Of a stretch of DNA of 64,000 nucleotides, positions 19,199-32,043 are shown piece by piece. The notes beneath the pieces are model-generated. The model saw only the letters and a list, made by a program, of their open reading frames with translations, was not told the DNA's origin and did not search any database. Source of the DNA: Escherichia phage SF; the sequence record MH359124; one strand, 5' to 3'. The number at the start of each line of letters is the position of its first letter. Positions within the stretch are counted from its first letter, which is position 1. The position numbers were made by a program, and so were the translations under genes.

Positions 19199-19462
19199 AT
19201 GAAATTTAAATTTTTCTACGCAAAACATAAAGTAACAGGCGAATTTGTTTCAATGTACAACACCGCAGATGATGAAGGGATGATTTATACCCATTTAGGC
19301 CTATCTCATTGGGACTCAGACGTGCCTTATATGTCATCTGAAGCCGAAATAACTCGTCTGGTTAATGGACATATGAACGACCATTTTAGTGTTATTCTTT
19401 CTAAAGACCTTAAAGAGGTTATCAACAAAGGATATATGGAACTCGCGGAAGTTGAGATATGA
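19199..19462 (+). CDS. hypothetical protein
   Basis: 87 aa; AAGAGGA SD. Confidence 0.5.
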   Translation: MKFKFFYAKHKVTGEFVSMYNTADDEGMIYTHLGLSHWDSDVPYMSSEAEITRLVNGHMNDHFSVILSKDLKEVINKGYMELAEVEI

Positions 19463-19651
19463 GCTCTAAAATGTGGATAGGAATATGGTTTCTTAGTATC
19501 CCTATGATTTGTATAATATTTTCAATTGCATTGAGGTACTTATGAAAAATGCACTTATTGTACTAAGAACAATTTGCGATACAGGTTTTTACATCGCATG
19601 TTCGTTCACTGGAACATGGTTGGCTTTAACATATTTTAATGTAATTTAATT

Positions 19652-19690
19652 GTTTACAACACAGTAGGATTATGGTATAGTAGTCCTATC
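19652..19690 (+). promoter_or_regulatory. early promoter with imperfect stem-loop
   Basis: GTTTAC at 19652; TAGGATTATGGTATAGTAGTCCTATCAAAACA cassette. Confidence 0.45.
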
Positions 19691-19709
19691 AAAACACGAG
19701 GAAAACAAA

Positions 19710-19910
19710 ATGGCTAAGCTTTTTAAAGATGTTGAAATTGGTGAAAAATTTGTCCTGAATAATGGTCAGCAGCTTATTCGTGTAGCTTCTATAGCCGGAC
19801 AAACTCATAACTGCATAGCCCCAACGTGTTGGACCCGATTCTTTATTGAGGATGACACCGAATGTTTAACTGTTGAAGAGCTTTTTGAACGTTCTGATAT
19901 AACCGAATAA
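19710..19910 (+). CDS. hypothetical protein
   Basis: 66 aa, Cys-containing. Confidence 0.5.
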   Translation: MAKLFKDVEIGEKFVLNNGQQLIRVASIAGQTHNCIAPTCWTRFFIEDDTECLTVEELFERSDITE

Positions 19911-19912
19911 AA

Positions 19913-19948
19913 TTGTACAAACTCTTGAGAGCAGAGTATAATGCTCTC
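19913..19948 (+). promoter_or_regulatory. early promoter (TTGTAC -35, TATAAT -10) within GAGAGCA/TGCTCTC inverted repeat
   Basis: Homologous to the cassette at 48659. Confidence 0.5.
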
Positions 19949-19986
19949 ATGGATTACAAAAACATTAATCAATTGAGGAAATTAGC

Positions 19987-20433
19987 ATGTCCAAATATTT
20001 AACTCGTAAAGACCTTCTGGCAGTTGGCGGTGAAGTTGTTGCAGTAGTTCGTAATGGCGAATACGGTTCTGAAGTTTCTAAAGAGTTTCGTTCTCGTGAA
20101 GGTTTTTACTTCTTTGTTAAAGGTTCATCTGATTGGCGTCAAGTAGCAGCACGATTCTTTGTAGGACGTCAACGTTCTAAACAAGGGTTGGATGCAATTC
20201 TTTCTCACATTCGTCAAGGCCGTTCGCAACTAGCCCGTACTATGGGCACTAACAATATTGAATATGATGTAATCTTTGTTGCAGCTAAGAACATGAAACC
20301 ACTGACCACTGGTTATGGTAAAGGACAATTGGCTCTGGCATTCACTCGCAATCATACATCAGAATATCAAACACTCACTGAAATGAACCGTCTTCTGGCA
20401 GATAATTTCAAATTCATTCTGCAGAGTTATTAA
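19987..20433 (+). CDS. ndd: nucleoid disruption protein Ndd
   Basis: 148 aa; [59 protein letters not shown] match recalled T4 Ndd. Confidence 0.85.
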   Translation: MSKYLTRKDLLAVGGEVVAVVRNGEYGSEVSKEFRSREGFYFFVKGSSDWRQVAARFFVGRQRSKQGLDAILSHIRQGRSQLARTMGTNNIEYDVIFVAAKNMKPLTTGYGKGQLALAFTRNHTSEYQTLTEMNRLLADNFKFILQSY

Positions 20434-20486
20434 TTTATATAGGCCTATTAAGTTAGGCCTTTAATTTATTTTTGAGGTAATTAAAA

Positions 20487-20636
20487 TGGTAACATGGATT
20501 ATTGCATTGTTGTGTTGGTCGTTTTTATTCATTAACACTTTAGTTACAGGCGAAACAACAGTATTTCAACAGGCTGTATCACAAGGTACCTTAGCGGTCT
20601 TAGCTCTTTTTAACGTATTAAAAGGCGAGCAATGAT
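20487..20636 (+). CDS. small hydrophobic peptide (49 aa)
   Basis: Below the track cutoff; hand-translated MVTWIIALLCWSFLFI...; position upstream of gene 52 as for T4 stp/ac. Confidence 0.3.
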
Positions 20637-20771
20637 TAAGAAAATCTTAGCAGGAGCCTTCGGGCTCTTGTTGTTGCTTACGGTCCTGTACTACGGTGTG
20701 ATGTTTGGGCTAATCCAAGTAGTGCTTTTCATTTCAGATGTTATAATGGCTATTCGTTCATTAATATGGTG
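20634..20771 (+). CDS. small hydrophobic peptide (45 aa), possibly Ac-like
   Basis: Hand-translated MIKKILAGAFGLLLLLTVLYYGVMFG...; immediately upstream of gene 52. Confidence 0.3.
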
Positions 20772-20776
20772 AAAAT

Positions 20777-22102
20777 ATGCAATTGAATTCTCGTAATCTA
20801 AAAAGTATTATTGATAACGAAGCCTTAGCATATGCGATGTACACCGTTGAAAACCGTGCAATCCCAAACATGATTGATGGATTTAAGCCGGTTCAACGTT
20901 TTGTGGTTCATCGTGCGTTAGATTTGGCTCGTGGTAATAAAGAAAAATTTCATAAACTTGCGTCAATTGCAGGCGGTGTTGCAGATTTAGGTTATCACCA
21001 TGGTGAATCTTCTGCACAAGATGCAGGTGCATTGATGGCTAACACATGGAACAACAACTATCCACTGTTAGATGGCCAAGGCAACTTTGGTTCTCGAACA
21101 GTCCAAAAAGCTGCAGCATCTCGTTATATTTTTGCTCGTGTAAGTAAAAATTTCTATAACGTATATAAAGATACTGAATATGCTCCAGCTCATGAAGATA
21201 AAGAACACATTCCACCAAAATTCTATCTTCCTATTATTCCAACAGTTCTTTTGAATGGCGTCTCTGGTATTGCAACCGGTTACGCAACAAATATTCTGCC
21301 TCATAGTTTTAAATCAGTCAAAAAGGCTGTATTACAAGCTCTTCAAGGTAAAAATGTCACTAAGCCAAAAGTTGAATTCCCGGAATTCCGTGGTGAAGTA
21401 CATGAAGTTGATGGGCGTTATGAGATTCACGGAACATATAAGTTCACATCCCGAACTCAAATGCAGATAACTGAAATCCCATATAAATTCGACCGTGAAA
21501 CGTATGTGAGTAAGGTTCTTGACCCATTGGAAGACAAAGGTCTAATCTCATGGGAAGATGATTGTGGTGAACACGGCTTTGGGTTTAAGGTGAAGTTCCG
21601 TAAAGAGTACTCGCTTCCTGATGATGAAGAGCTACGTCATGAAAAAATCATGAAAGATTTTAGTCTCATCGAACGTCGTTCGCAAAACATCACAGTGATT
21701 AATGAAAAGGGTAAATTAGCGGTCTATGATAACGTAGTGGACTTAATCAAAGATTTTGTTGAAGTCCGTAAGACTTATGTTCAGAAACGTATTGACAACA
21801 AAATCCTTGAATCTGAAAAAGCATTTAAACTGGCTTTTGCTAAGGCACACTTCATCAAAAAAGTTATTACAGGTGAAATTGTGATTCAGGGCAAGACTCG
21901 TAAAGCTTTGACTGAAGAGCTAGCACAAATCGAAATGTATAAAGAACATGTCGATAAACTGGTAGGCCTTAACATCTTCCATATCACTTCCGACGAAGCA
22001 CGTAAACTAGCAGAAGAAGCTAAGGCTAAGAAAGAAGAAAATGAGTATTGGAAGTCTACTGATGTTGTGACAGAGTACACTAAAGACTTGGAGGCACTTT
22101 GA
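20777..22102 (+). CDS. 52: DNA topoisomerase II medium subunit gp52
   Basis: 441 aa; GyrA/ParC-like N-terminus (AYAMYTVENRAIPNMIDGFKPVQR), same size as T4 gp52. Confidence 0.92.
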   Translation: MQLNSRNLKSIIDNEALAYAMYTVENRAIPNMIDGFKPVQRFVVHRALDLARGNKEKFHKLASIAGGVADLGYHHGESSAQDAGALMANTWNNNYPLLDGQGNFGSRTVQKAAASRYIFARVSKNFYNVYKDTEYAPAHEDKEHIPPKFYLPIIPTVLLNGVSGIATGYATNILPHSFKSVKKAVLQALQGKNVTKPKVEFPEFRGEVHEVDGRYEIHGTYKFTSRTQMQITEIPYKFDRETYVSKVLDPLEDKGLISWEDDCGEHGFGFKVKFRKEYSLPDDEELRHEKIMKDFSLIERRSQNITVINEKGKLAVYDNVVDLIKDFVEVRKTYVQKRIDNKILESEKAFKLAFAKAHFIKKVITGEIVIQGKTRKALTEELAQIEMYKEHVDKLVGLNIFHITSDEARKLAEEAKAKKEENEYWKSTDVVTEYTKDLEAL

Positions 22103-22178
22103 GTGCCCTAGCCTTAGGATTTCTCGGTGCAATAGCTGCACTAGTGATTTGGCTGTATTGGTTGGACAAACATGATTA

Positions 22179-22199
22179 GGGAGCTTCGGCTCCCTTTTG
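22179..22199 (+). terminator. rho-independent terminator after gene 52
   Basis: gggagc-ttcg-gctccc followed by T4. Confidence 0.55.
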
Positions 22200-22221
22200 T
22201 GCATTTTTTTCTCACAAAACA

Positions 22222-22250
22222 GTTTACTTTTGCTTCAAACATGATATTAT
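22222..22250 (+). promoter_or_regulatory. early promoter, copy A of a duplicated cassette of about 75 bp
   Basis: GTTTAC, 17 bp, TATTAT; cassette AGTTTACTTTTGCTTCAAAC.TGATATTATAGACCTATCAAAACAAA...TTGGAGAAATAAAATGTCTAAA. Confidence 0.5.
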
Positions 22251-22289
22251 AGACCTATCAAAACAAAACAACCAAATTGGAGAAATAAA

Positions 22290-22505
22290 ATGTCTAAAAT
22301 GAAATTAACCCAAAACACAACTACTCGTTTCGGTAAAGTTAAACCTGGTATGAATGCTCCCCGTAAAGCACTTGTTGAAGAATTAAATTTCTTAGAAGTT
22401 GAAATCAATTCTTTAGTGGTTCGCGGTTCAAATGGACATCATTTAGAAAAGCTTCGTTCTAAAAAGGCAAAACTTATTGGCCTTATTAAAGAAATGAGTT
22501 TGTAA
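22290..22505 (+). CDS. hypothetical protein
   Basis: 71 aa, basic; begins MSK like the following motA. Confidence 0.5.
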   Translation: MSKMKLTQNTTTRFGKVKPGMNAPRKALVEELNFLEVEINSLVVRGSNGHHLEKLRSKKAKLIGLIKEMSL

Positions 22506-22543
22506 ATTTTACCAGGGCTTTTGGAAAAAGAGCCCAAAATAAA

Positions 22544-22572
22544 GTTTACTTTTGCTTCAAACGTGATATTAT
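22544..22572 (+). promoter_or_regulatory. early promoter, copy B of the duplicated cassette
   Basis: About 90 percent identical to the cassette at 22222; precedes motA. Confidence 0.5.
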
Positions 22573-22609
22573 AGACCTATCAAAACAAATACTAATTTGG
22601 AGAAATAAA

Positions 22610-23242
22610 ATGTCTAAAGTTACTTACATCATCAAAGCTTCTGAAAACGCTCTGAATGAAAAAACTGCTGCAATAATGGTTTATGTCATTAAGAACAACT
22701 TCACCACGGCTGCCAATGTCCGTGAAGCTCTGGAAGCGGAATACAATGCATCGGTTGTTAACTCTAACATTGGTGTATTGATTAAGAAAGGTTTAGTCGA
22801 AAAATCCGGTGATGGACTTGTAGCAACAGGCGAAGCAATGGATATTATCCAAAAAGCTGCAGACCTCTTTGCCCAAGAAAATGCTCCAGAACTTCTTCAG
22901 AAACGTAACACTAGAAAAGCACGTGGAGTTACTCCTGAAATGCACGAATTAGCGAACTTTGTTTTTGAAAATATTAAAGATAAAGTTGAAGTTAAAGAAA
23001 TTGGTGAAAACCGTAGTAACTTGGAAGTTCGATTTGCAAAACGAGTTCTAGGTATTCGTCAGATCGAAATTCGTCGAAATGGTTCTCTTAGAATCTTTGC
23101 ATACAACATGTCAGAAACTGAATCAAAGCTGTTTACTTCTCTTGAAAATGATGTTAAGATTAAGATCGGTGGTAAATATACATACATTGACTTCCCTAAT
23201 GTGTCCAAAGAAATCATTACCCTTGTAACTAACGTACTGTGA
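22610..23242 (+). CDS. motA: middle-mode transcription activator MotA
   Basis: 210 aa; MSKVTYIIKAS, NSNIGVLIKKGLVEKSGDGL, QENAPELL match recalled T4 MotA. Confidence 0.85.
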   Translation: MSKVTYIIKASENALNEKTAAIMVYVIKNNFTTAANVREALEAEYNASVVNSNIGVLIKKGLVEKSGDGLVATGEAMDIIQKAADLFAQENAPELLQKRNTRKARGVTPEMHELANFVFENIKDKVEVKEIGENRSNLEVRFAKRVLGIRQIEIRRNGSLRIFAYNMSETESKLFTSLENDVKIKIGGKYTYIDFPNVSKEIITLVTNVL

Positions 23243-23252
23243 GGAATACATA

Positions 23253-23582
23253 ATGAATAAGCTGAATATTATTAACGAACTTCGTAAATGTGCAGAACCT
23301 ACTCAGGAAGGATGGGATATTTGGTACCACGGGGCTTATTTAGGGACAATTGTAAAGATTAAAGCAGGCCAATATATGATTATTCGTGAAAATAATGACG
23401 CACCATTTGGCCTTCGTAAAAACTACATGGCAGCGATCAGTTCATTTGTTGATGCAGCTTACGAAATCTATAAAGAAGATTATAAAGAATATCAGCAGTC
23501 ACAACCGGTTATTCGTTCGATTGGTGTAAATAAACAAGCACAAAAATCTATTTGGCAACGTATTAAGGAATGGTTTAAATGA
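23253..23582 (+). CDS. hypothetical protein
   Basis: 109 aa. Confidence 0.5.
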   Translation: MNKLNIINELRKCAEPTQEGWDIWYHGAYLGTIVKIKAGQYMIIRENNDAPFGLRKNYMAAISSFVDAAYEIYKEDYKEYQQSQPVIRSIGVNKQAQKSIWQRIKEWFK

Positions 23583-24040
23583 AATCATTTAAAGAACGTT
23601 TAGAGCTATTAGATTTGGCCTTGTCTCGTGAGACTCCTGAAAGTCTAGCAGAAAAATTCCAGTCCTACGGTTATAATTATTCTGCTGATGATATAATGAA
23701 TGAAGTTCCTGAAATCTGTTGGCAAACGTGCTATTGGAATAATGACCAAAAAGTTCAACGTGTTATAGTATGTGCAGCTAATAGGTTTAAATTGAAGAGT
23801 GGTGGAACTCTGGTTATTCCTGGAGTTCGTCATTACTCTAAAGATATGGCTGAAGTACTTGATATAGTTGGTCCTCAATTAGTCTCGCAACAAGTTTGTG
23901 GCGACGACCAAGGCTTTATCGACCAATACTCTAACTACTGGACTCGTGAAGAAGCAATGATTATTGCAACGTATGCTGGACAGGTACGTATTGAACGTGG
24001 CGGAAGTGAGAAAGAACTTTATTCAGAGGACCTGTATTAA
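23579..24040 (+). CDS. hypothetical protein
   Basis: 153 aa; ATGA overlap with upstream gene. Confidence 0.5.
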   Translation: MKSFKERLELLDLALSRETPESLAEKFQSYGYNYSADDIMNEVPEICWQTCYWNNDQKVQRVIVCAANRFKLKSGGTLVIPGVRHYSKDMAEVLDIVGPQLVSQQVCGDDQGFIDQYSNYWTREEAMIIATYAGQVRIERGGSEKELYSEDLY

Positions 24041-24321
24041 TGAATATTAAACAACTCCAGAAAGATGCTATTGAATCACGTATCCAAGATATCAAACGTC
24101 TTAATCATATGATGGAAGAAAACTATGGTATGTATGCTAATCAGCCCGGTTGGGACGCTTTAGACCATCCTTATTTGGTTAATTTATGTAAAGGTGATAC
24201 GTTAGCAATTATTCGTGATGGGTTAAAACCTTTCTTGCGTGACATGTATATTAAAATGAACGAAGAAATTATTAGCTCGTTGCAATATCAATTAAGGAAA
24301 TTAGATGATGAGAATAATTGA
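24040..24321 (+). CDS. hypothetical protein (Arn-sized, motA-asiA interval)
   Basis: 93 aa; position where T4 carries the anti-restriction gene arn; sequence not recognised. Confidence 0.45.
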   Translation: MNIKQLQKDAIESRIQDIKRLNHMMEENYGMYANQPGWDALDHPYLVNLCKGDTLAIIRDGLKPFLRDMYIKMNEEIISSLQYQLRKLDDENN

Positions 24322-24532
24322 TTCTAAAATAGATTATTTTAATTCTGTTAATGATAAGAATAAAGCTTTAATTCGCCACTTTATTACTGAGATGGGATAT
24401 ACCGACTCTAAAGATTTGAAAGAGCACATTATCGAATGTTCTGTGGCTAAAAAGTTTTCTTTTACCGATAAATGTTTAAATGAGGTTATAAATCATTATG
24501 AACAATCTTGTAGCAAAACACGATTTCAATAA
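24305..24532 (+). CDS. hypothetical protein
   Basis: 75 aa. Confidence 0.4.
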   Translation: MMRIIDSKIDYFNSVNDKNKALIRHFITEMGYTDSKDLKEHIIECSVAKKFSFTDKCLNEVINHYEQSCSKTRFQ

Positions 24533-24606
24533 GGCTTCTGTTCATAAGGACAAGAAGAAATCAGAACTTCAATCTAAACGCAAACAAAAACATAAGGGTA
24601 AAGACT

Positions 24607-24906
24607 ATGTTTACTAAAATCAAAGAAAATCCTGCCACTGAACTTGTTATTCGATGCGAAGAACTTGCAGAGCTTTATCAGGTTAACCGAGAAGTATATC
24701 GTAGCGTTGTTGCAGATATGGCAGACGAAGTATGTTCTCGTATTCCTTTTAGTGTTGATTTCAATCACATGAAGCCTGGTGAAATCACTATTGTATTTGG
24801 TTCTGACTATACCGAAGAACGGGCTCTTAATGCCTTAGAATATGAAATGTCATTCTTCGACATACAGGACTATATTGATAGTTATAAGGAACGATATGAG
24901 CCATAA
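24607..24906 (+). CDS. hypothetical protein
   Basis: 99 aa. Confidence 0.45.
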   Translation: MFTKIKENPATELVIRCEELAELYQVNREVYRSVVADMADEVCSRIPFSVDFNHMKPGEITIVFGSDYTEERALNALEYEMSFFDIQDYIDSYKERYEP

Positions 24907-25103
24907 TCTTCAGAACGTAGTAGAGGCAGAACGTGAGCGTGAGGCTTTAGTCTATAATGAACTATTAGCCACGTTCTTGGCCTTACACTCATACGAACAG
25001 GAAGACTACACTGATTACGTTAAAAGTGTAGAAAAAGCTGTTTACAATCATCATTGTTAATGGTACTATACTCGTATCAACCAAATGGAATGAATAAAAC
25101 GGT

Positions 25104-25376
25104 ATGAATAAAGATATTGAAATTGTACGTGAAATTATTACTGTTGCTTCTATTTTGATTAAATTCTCGAGGGAAGATATTGTTGAAGACCGAGCAAATT
25201 TCATCGGATTCTTGAATGAGATTGGAATTAAAAAAGATGGTCGGCAGCTAAATCAGAATTCGTTCAGAAAACTAATTACAAATTTAACTGCCGAAGAAAA
25301 GAAAACACTGATTAGTGAATTCAATGAAGGTTTTGAAAATATTTATCGCCATTTGACGATGTATTCTAACAACTAA
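25104..25376 (+). CDS. asiA: anti-sigma70 factor AsiA
   Basis: 90 aa; VREIITVASILIKFSREDIVE.RANFI.FLNEIG...LNQNSFRK, near-identical to recalled T4 AsiA. Confidence 0.9.
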   Translation: MNKDIEIVREIITVASILIKFSREDIVEDRANFIGFLNEIGIKKDGRQLNQNSFRKLITNLTAEEKKTLISEFNEGFENIYRHLTMYSNN

Positions 25377-26036
25377 TTATTTAGCCCGCCCTAATATCCT
25401 TGCTGCTTGGTTGCATATTGCAGCCAAGCGTTCTTCATTTAACACATCCGACCCCTTATACCAATACATAGAAACAGTTCCCGCATATATGTTATCCAAA
25501 TTGAAGTAAGGACAACTATACATATACGCCAGTTCTGGAGTTTTTGATTTGGTGGGTAAGAAAGCAAAATCTGTTTTAGAAGTAAAGTGAAGTCCACTTA
25601 AATGGACCGAATATTCTGCTGTCGTTTTATCAACAGGAAATCCTCCCATAGATTTTTCAGTTACTGTGCTAGGTAACTTACCTTCATACGCAATAAGGTC
25701 GACGAAATAATTTAGATTTTTAGGTCTGAAAGAATACACCGAACTAAAATCCGCCCTTGATGTGACGTGGACTATTTGTAGTTGTTCTAAAGCCGCAGAT
25801 TCAAATCGTGTATTTCTTTCTTTTTGAATTACTTCTGTGTAAGTATCATATTTCGACCTCACGTAATAATCCATAAAAATATTCCCTTTGTACCATATTA
25901 GTGCCATTAGGAACAAAAGAACTACAACAGCAACTCTGGAAATAAGAATATTTCCAGAGGCGTTATCTTTGAAAATGCGGTCTAGCAACCCAAATAAAAT
26001 ATCACTAGGCGAAAATGATACTTTTGGTGCTGCCAT
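25377..26036 (-). CDS. t: holin T
   Basis: 219 aa; MAAPKVSFSPSDILFG, single N-terminal TMD, C-terminal YMYSCPYFNLDNIYAG...AARILGRAK match recalled T4 holin. Confidence 0.9.
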   Translation of the reverse strand: MAAPKVSFSPSDILFGLLDRIFKDNASGNILISRVAVVVLLFLMALIWYKGNIFMDYYVRSKYDTYTEVIQKERNTRFESAALEQLQIVHVTSRADFSSVYSFRPKNLNYFVDLIAYEGKLPSTVTEKSMGGFPVDKTTAEYSVHLSGLHFTSKTDFAFLPTKSKTPELAYMYSCPYFNLDNIYAGTVSMYWYKGSDVLNEERLAAICNQAARILGRAK

Positions 26037-26066
26037 AGACCCTCCTTTTAAGGATATTTATTCAAA

Positions 26067-30186
<4,120 letters not shown>

Positions 30187-30194
30187 AAGTCCTC

Positions 30195-30851
30195 TTAATA
30201 ATAGCCGAAATCTTGAACAGAATCCTTAATAACAATTTGGTCAAATCGTGGAACATGCGAGGGTTGAGATGCAGGATTCTGTGAGAAAAAGTTTGGGGCG
30301 GTTAGCGCCCCGGTCATCGTATCTCCTGAACGGAGTACACGACTGTTTGCATTAGCATTAACTGTATTTATTTGACTATCAACATAATCTTTGCGAGTAA
30401 GGTCGTAATTATTTAAAGGTGCTAACGTTGTGGCTCTGAATTGAGATGCTTCAATAACGCCTTTAGAACTTATATTACCGGTGCGAGTATCAATTACAAC
30501 AGTTCTTTCACCTGTACCTTGAGATGATTTAAACCCAATACCATACCACGAAACAATATCCATGTTTGTTTGGTCGAATGTCGCGGCGTCACCGCCACCA
30601 GAAAAAATACCATTTGTTTGGTCATCTGATGTTTTGACTGCAACACCTTCGTTAAAGATTACCTTTTTGAGATATGTCCCACCATTTGCTTTAGATACGA
30701 AATCGTTATCAGCCGCTTTTGGCTTGTTATATTCGGTGTATAATTTAAATGTTTTATATAGGATGTCATCGCCAGCTGGCATTAAAGGAAAATTGCCTTG
30801 ATGCCATATGACGGAACCACCAACTGTACTTCCGGCTTTTAAATCGGCCAT
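30195..30851 (-). CDS. 36: long tail fiber distal connector gp36
   Basis: 218 aa; MADLKAGSTVGGSVIWHQGNFPL and C-terminal NPASQPSHVPRFDQIVIKDSVQDFGYY match recalled T4 gp36. Confidence 0.9.
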   Translation of the reverse strand: MADLKAGSTVGGSVIWHQGNFPLMPAGDDILYKTFKLYTEYNKPKAADNDFVSKANGGTYLKKVIFNEGVAVKTSDDQTNGIFSGGGDAATFDQTNMDIVSWYGIGFKSSQGTGERTVVIDTRTGNISSKGVIEASQFRATTLAPLNNYDLTRKDYVDSQINTVNANANSRVLRSGDTMTGALTAPNFFSQNPASQPSHVPRFDQIVIKDSVQDFGYY

Positions 30852-30877
30852 TTCGTGTCTCCTTATTAATATTAAAG

Positions 30878-30885
30878 TATTTATA
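30878..30885 (-). promoter_or_regulatory. late promoter (TATAAATA on minus strand) upstream of gene 36
   Basis: Plus-strand TATTTATA about 27 bp upstream of the gp36 ATG. Confidence 0.55.
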
Positions 30886-30889
30886 CGCG

Positions 30890-30910
30890 AAAAGGAGACC
30901 GAAGTCTCCT
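30890..30910 (-). terminator. putative terminator after gene 35 (minus strand)
   Basis: aggagac-uucg-gucuccu hairpin followed by a short T run on the minus strand. Confidence 0.4.
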
Positions 30911-32035
30911 TTATTCTGTGTACTCTTTAAATTCCTGCCCAAATACCTTACCTGTGTCGTTAGATAACTGAGTAGGCAAGTCCATTATATCATTACCGGT
31001 TAATGATTCATCAATGTAATTAACACGAATACCGTTTATACCAAACTCGGCTGGTTTTGCTATACTTCCGTTACATGATACTTCAGTGAAAATAACATTT
31101 CTTAGTCCACCTTGACCGACTGAGGCCGTACGGTAACAATATACTGTAAAGCCATCAGCTTCAGCTGGTATTTCAACATATTCTTCATATAGCTTCCACT
31201 CCCCGGCAGTTCCATCAAAGTTTATATCTTTAGATGATATAGGAGAGCTAGATGGAGACTTAAAGAAACGAATTGAAAGTCTTGTGGTTCCTTCCTCTAA
31301 TAATTCTTCATCAGCCATTAATTGAAATTTCAAATAAAGAAAATCTGTAGGCTTTAATCCATAGTTTGCGATAGGAGTAACAAGGGATGATGTAGGCATC
31401 CTTTTTATTTCATTGTTAGTTCCTCCAACAGGAGATAAAAACGTTTCTAGAGCTTCATATGTACGTCTAGGATAGCCGGTAGCACCTATATCAGCAATAG
31501 AGTCATATACAATATCTAATGGAGTTGCGTAATCAGAAATTGTTTTCTTATTACTGTATTTTATGTGTTCTAATGCAATAGTATTTTTACCTGAAACATA
31601 AAACGCTGAATATGAAATATCAACAAGACTAGCAACTTCAATTGACGGTATAACTGAACTCCCAGCAGCTTTAAACCATTCAATTATTTCTGGTGGCAAA
31701 TTAAATTTGTTATTAGAAATAAATGCGAAAATGAAATTATCTGCGTATGTATTAACAAACGAAATAAATGCAGCTGAAGTTGCATTATTTGTAGGCGCAA
31801 AATTGTATAATTTACTATCAACTATAGTTCCATTTTCAGGATTTATCACCCTAACATTTAGTCCAATACCAAAAGACTGCAACCCTAAAGGCTCGTTTTG
31901 GAACAAAATGTACGGATTAGTTGTTGAAAGCGGGCATGAACCCGCTATACTTAGCTTAAATCTAACTGAATTGCTTTCCGATAAAAACGGCGTTTGGACG
32001 TATCCCTGTCCAAACCTTGCCATAAATTTTTCCAT
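30911..32035 (-). CDS. 35: long tail fiber proximal connector (hinge) gp35
   Basis: 374 aa; MEKFMARFGQGYVQTPFLSESNSVR...; C-terminal GKVFGQEF. Confidence 0.85.
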   Translation of the reverse strand: MEKFMARFGQGYVQTPFLSESNSVRFKLSIAGSCPLSTTNPYILFQNEPLGLQSFGIGLNVRVINPENGTIVDSKLYNFAPTNNATSAAFISFVNTYADNFIFAFISNNKFNLPPEIIEWFKAAGSSVIPSIEVASLVDISYSAFYVSGKNTIALEHIKYSNKKTISDYATPLDIVYDSIADIGATGYPRRTYEALETFLSPVGGTNNEIKRMPTSSLVTPIANYGLKPTDFLYLKFQLMADEELLEEGTTRLSIRFFKSPSSSPISSKDINFDGTAGEWKLYEEYVEIPAEADGFTVYCYRTASVGQGGLRNVIFTEVSCNGSIAKPAEFGINGIRVNYIDESLTGNDIMDLPTQLSNDTGKVFGQEFKEYTE

Positions 32036-32043
32036 ATAACCTC

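Noticed and set aside
22229-22237. TTTGCTTCA resembling a MotA box (middle promoter) in the duplicated cassette upstream of motA
   Set aside because: By my count the GCTT core lies only about 10 bp upstream of the -10 instead of the expected position near -30; the element is better explained as a GTTTAC-type early promoter.
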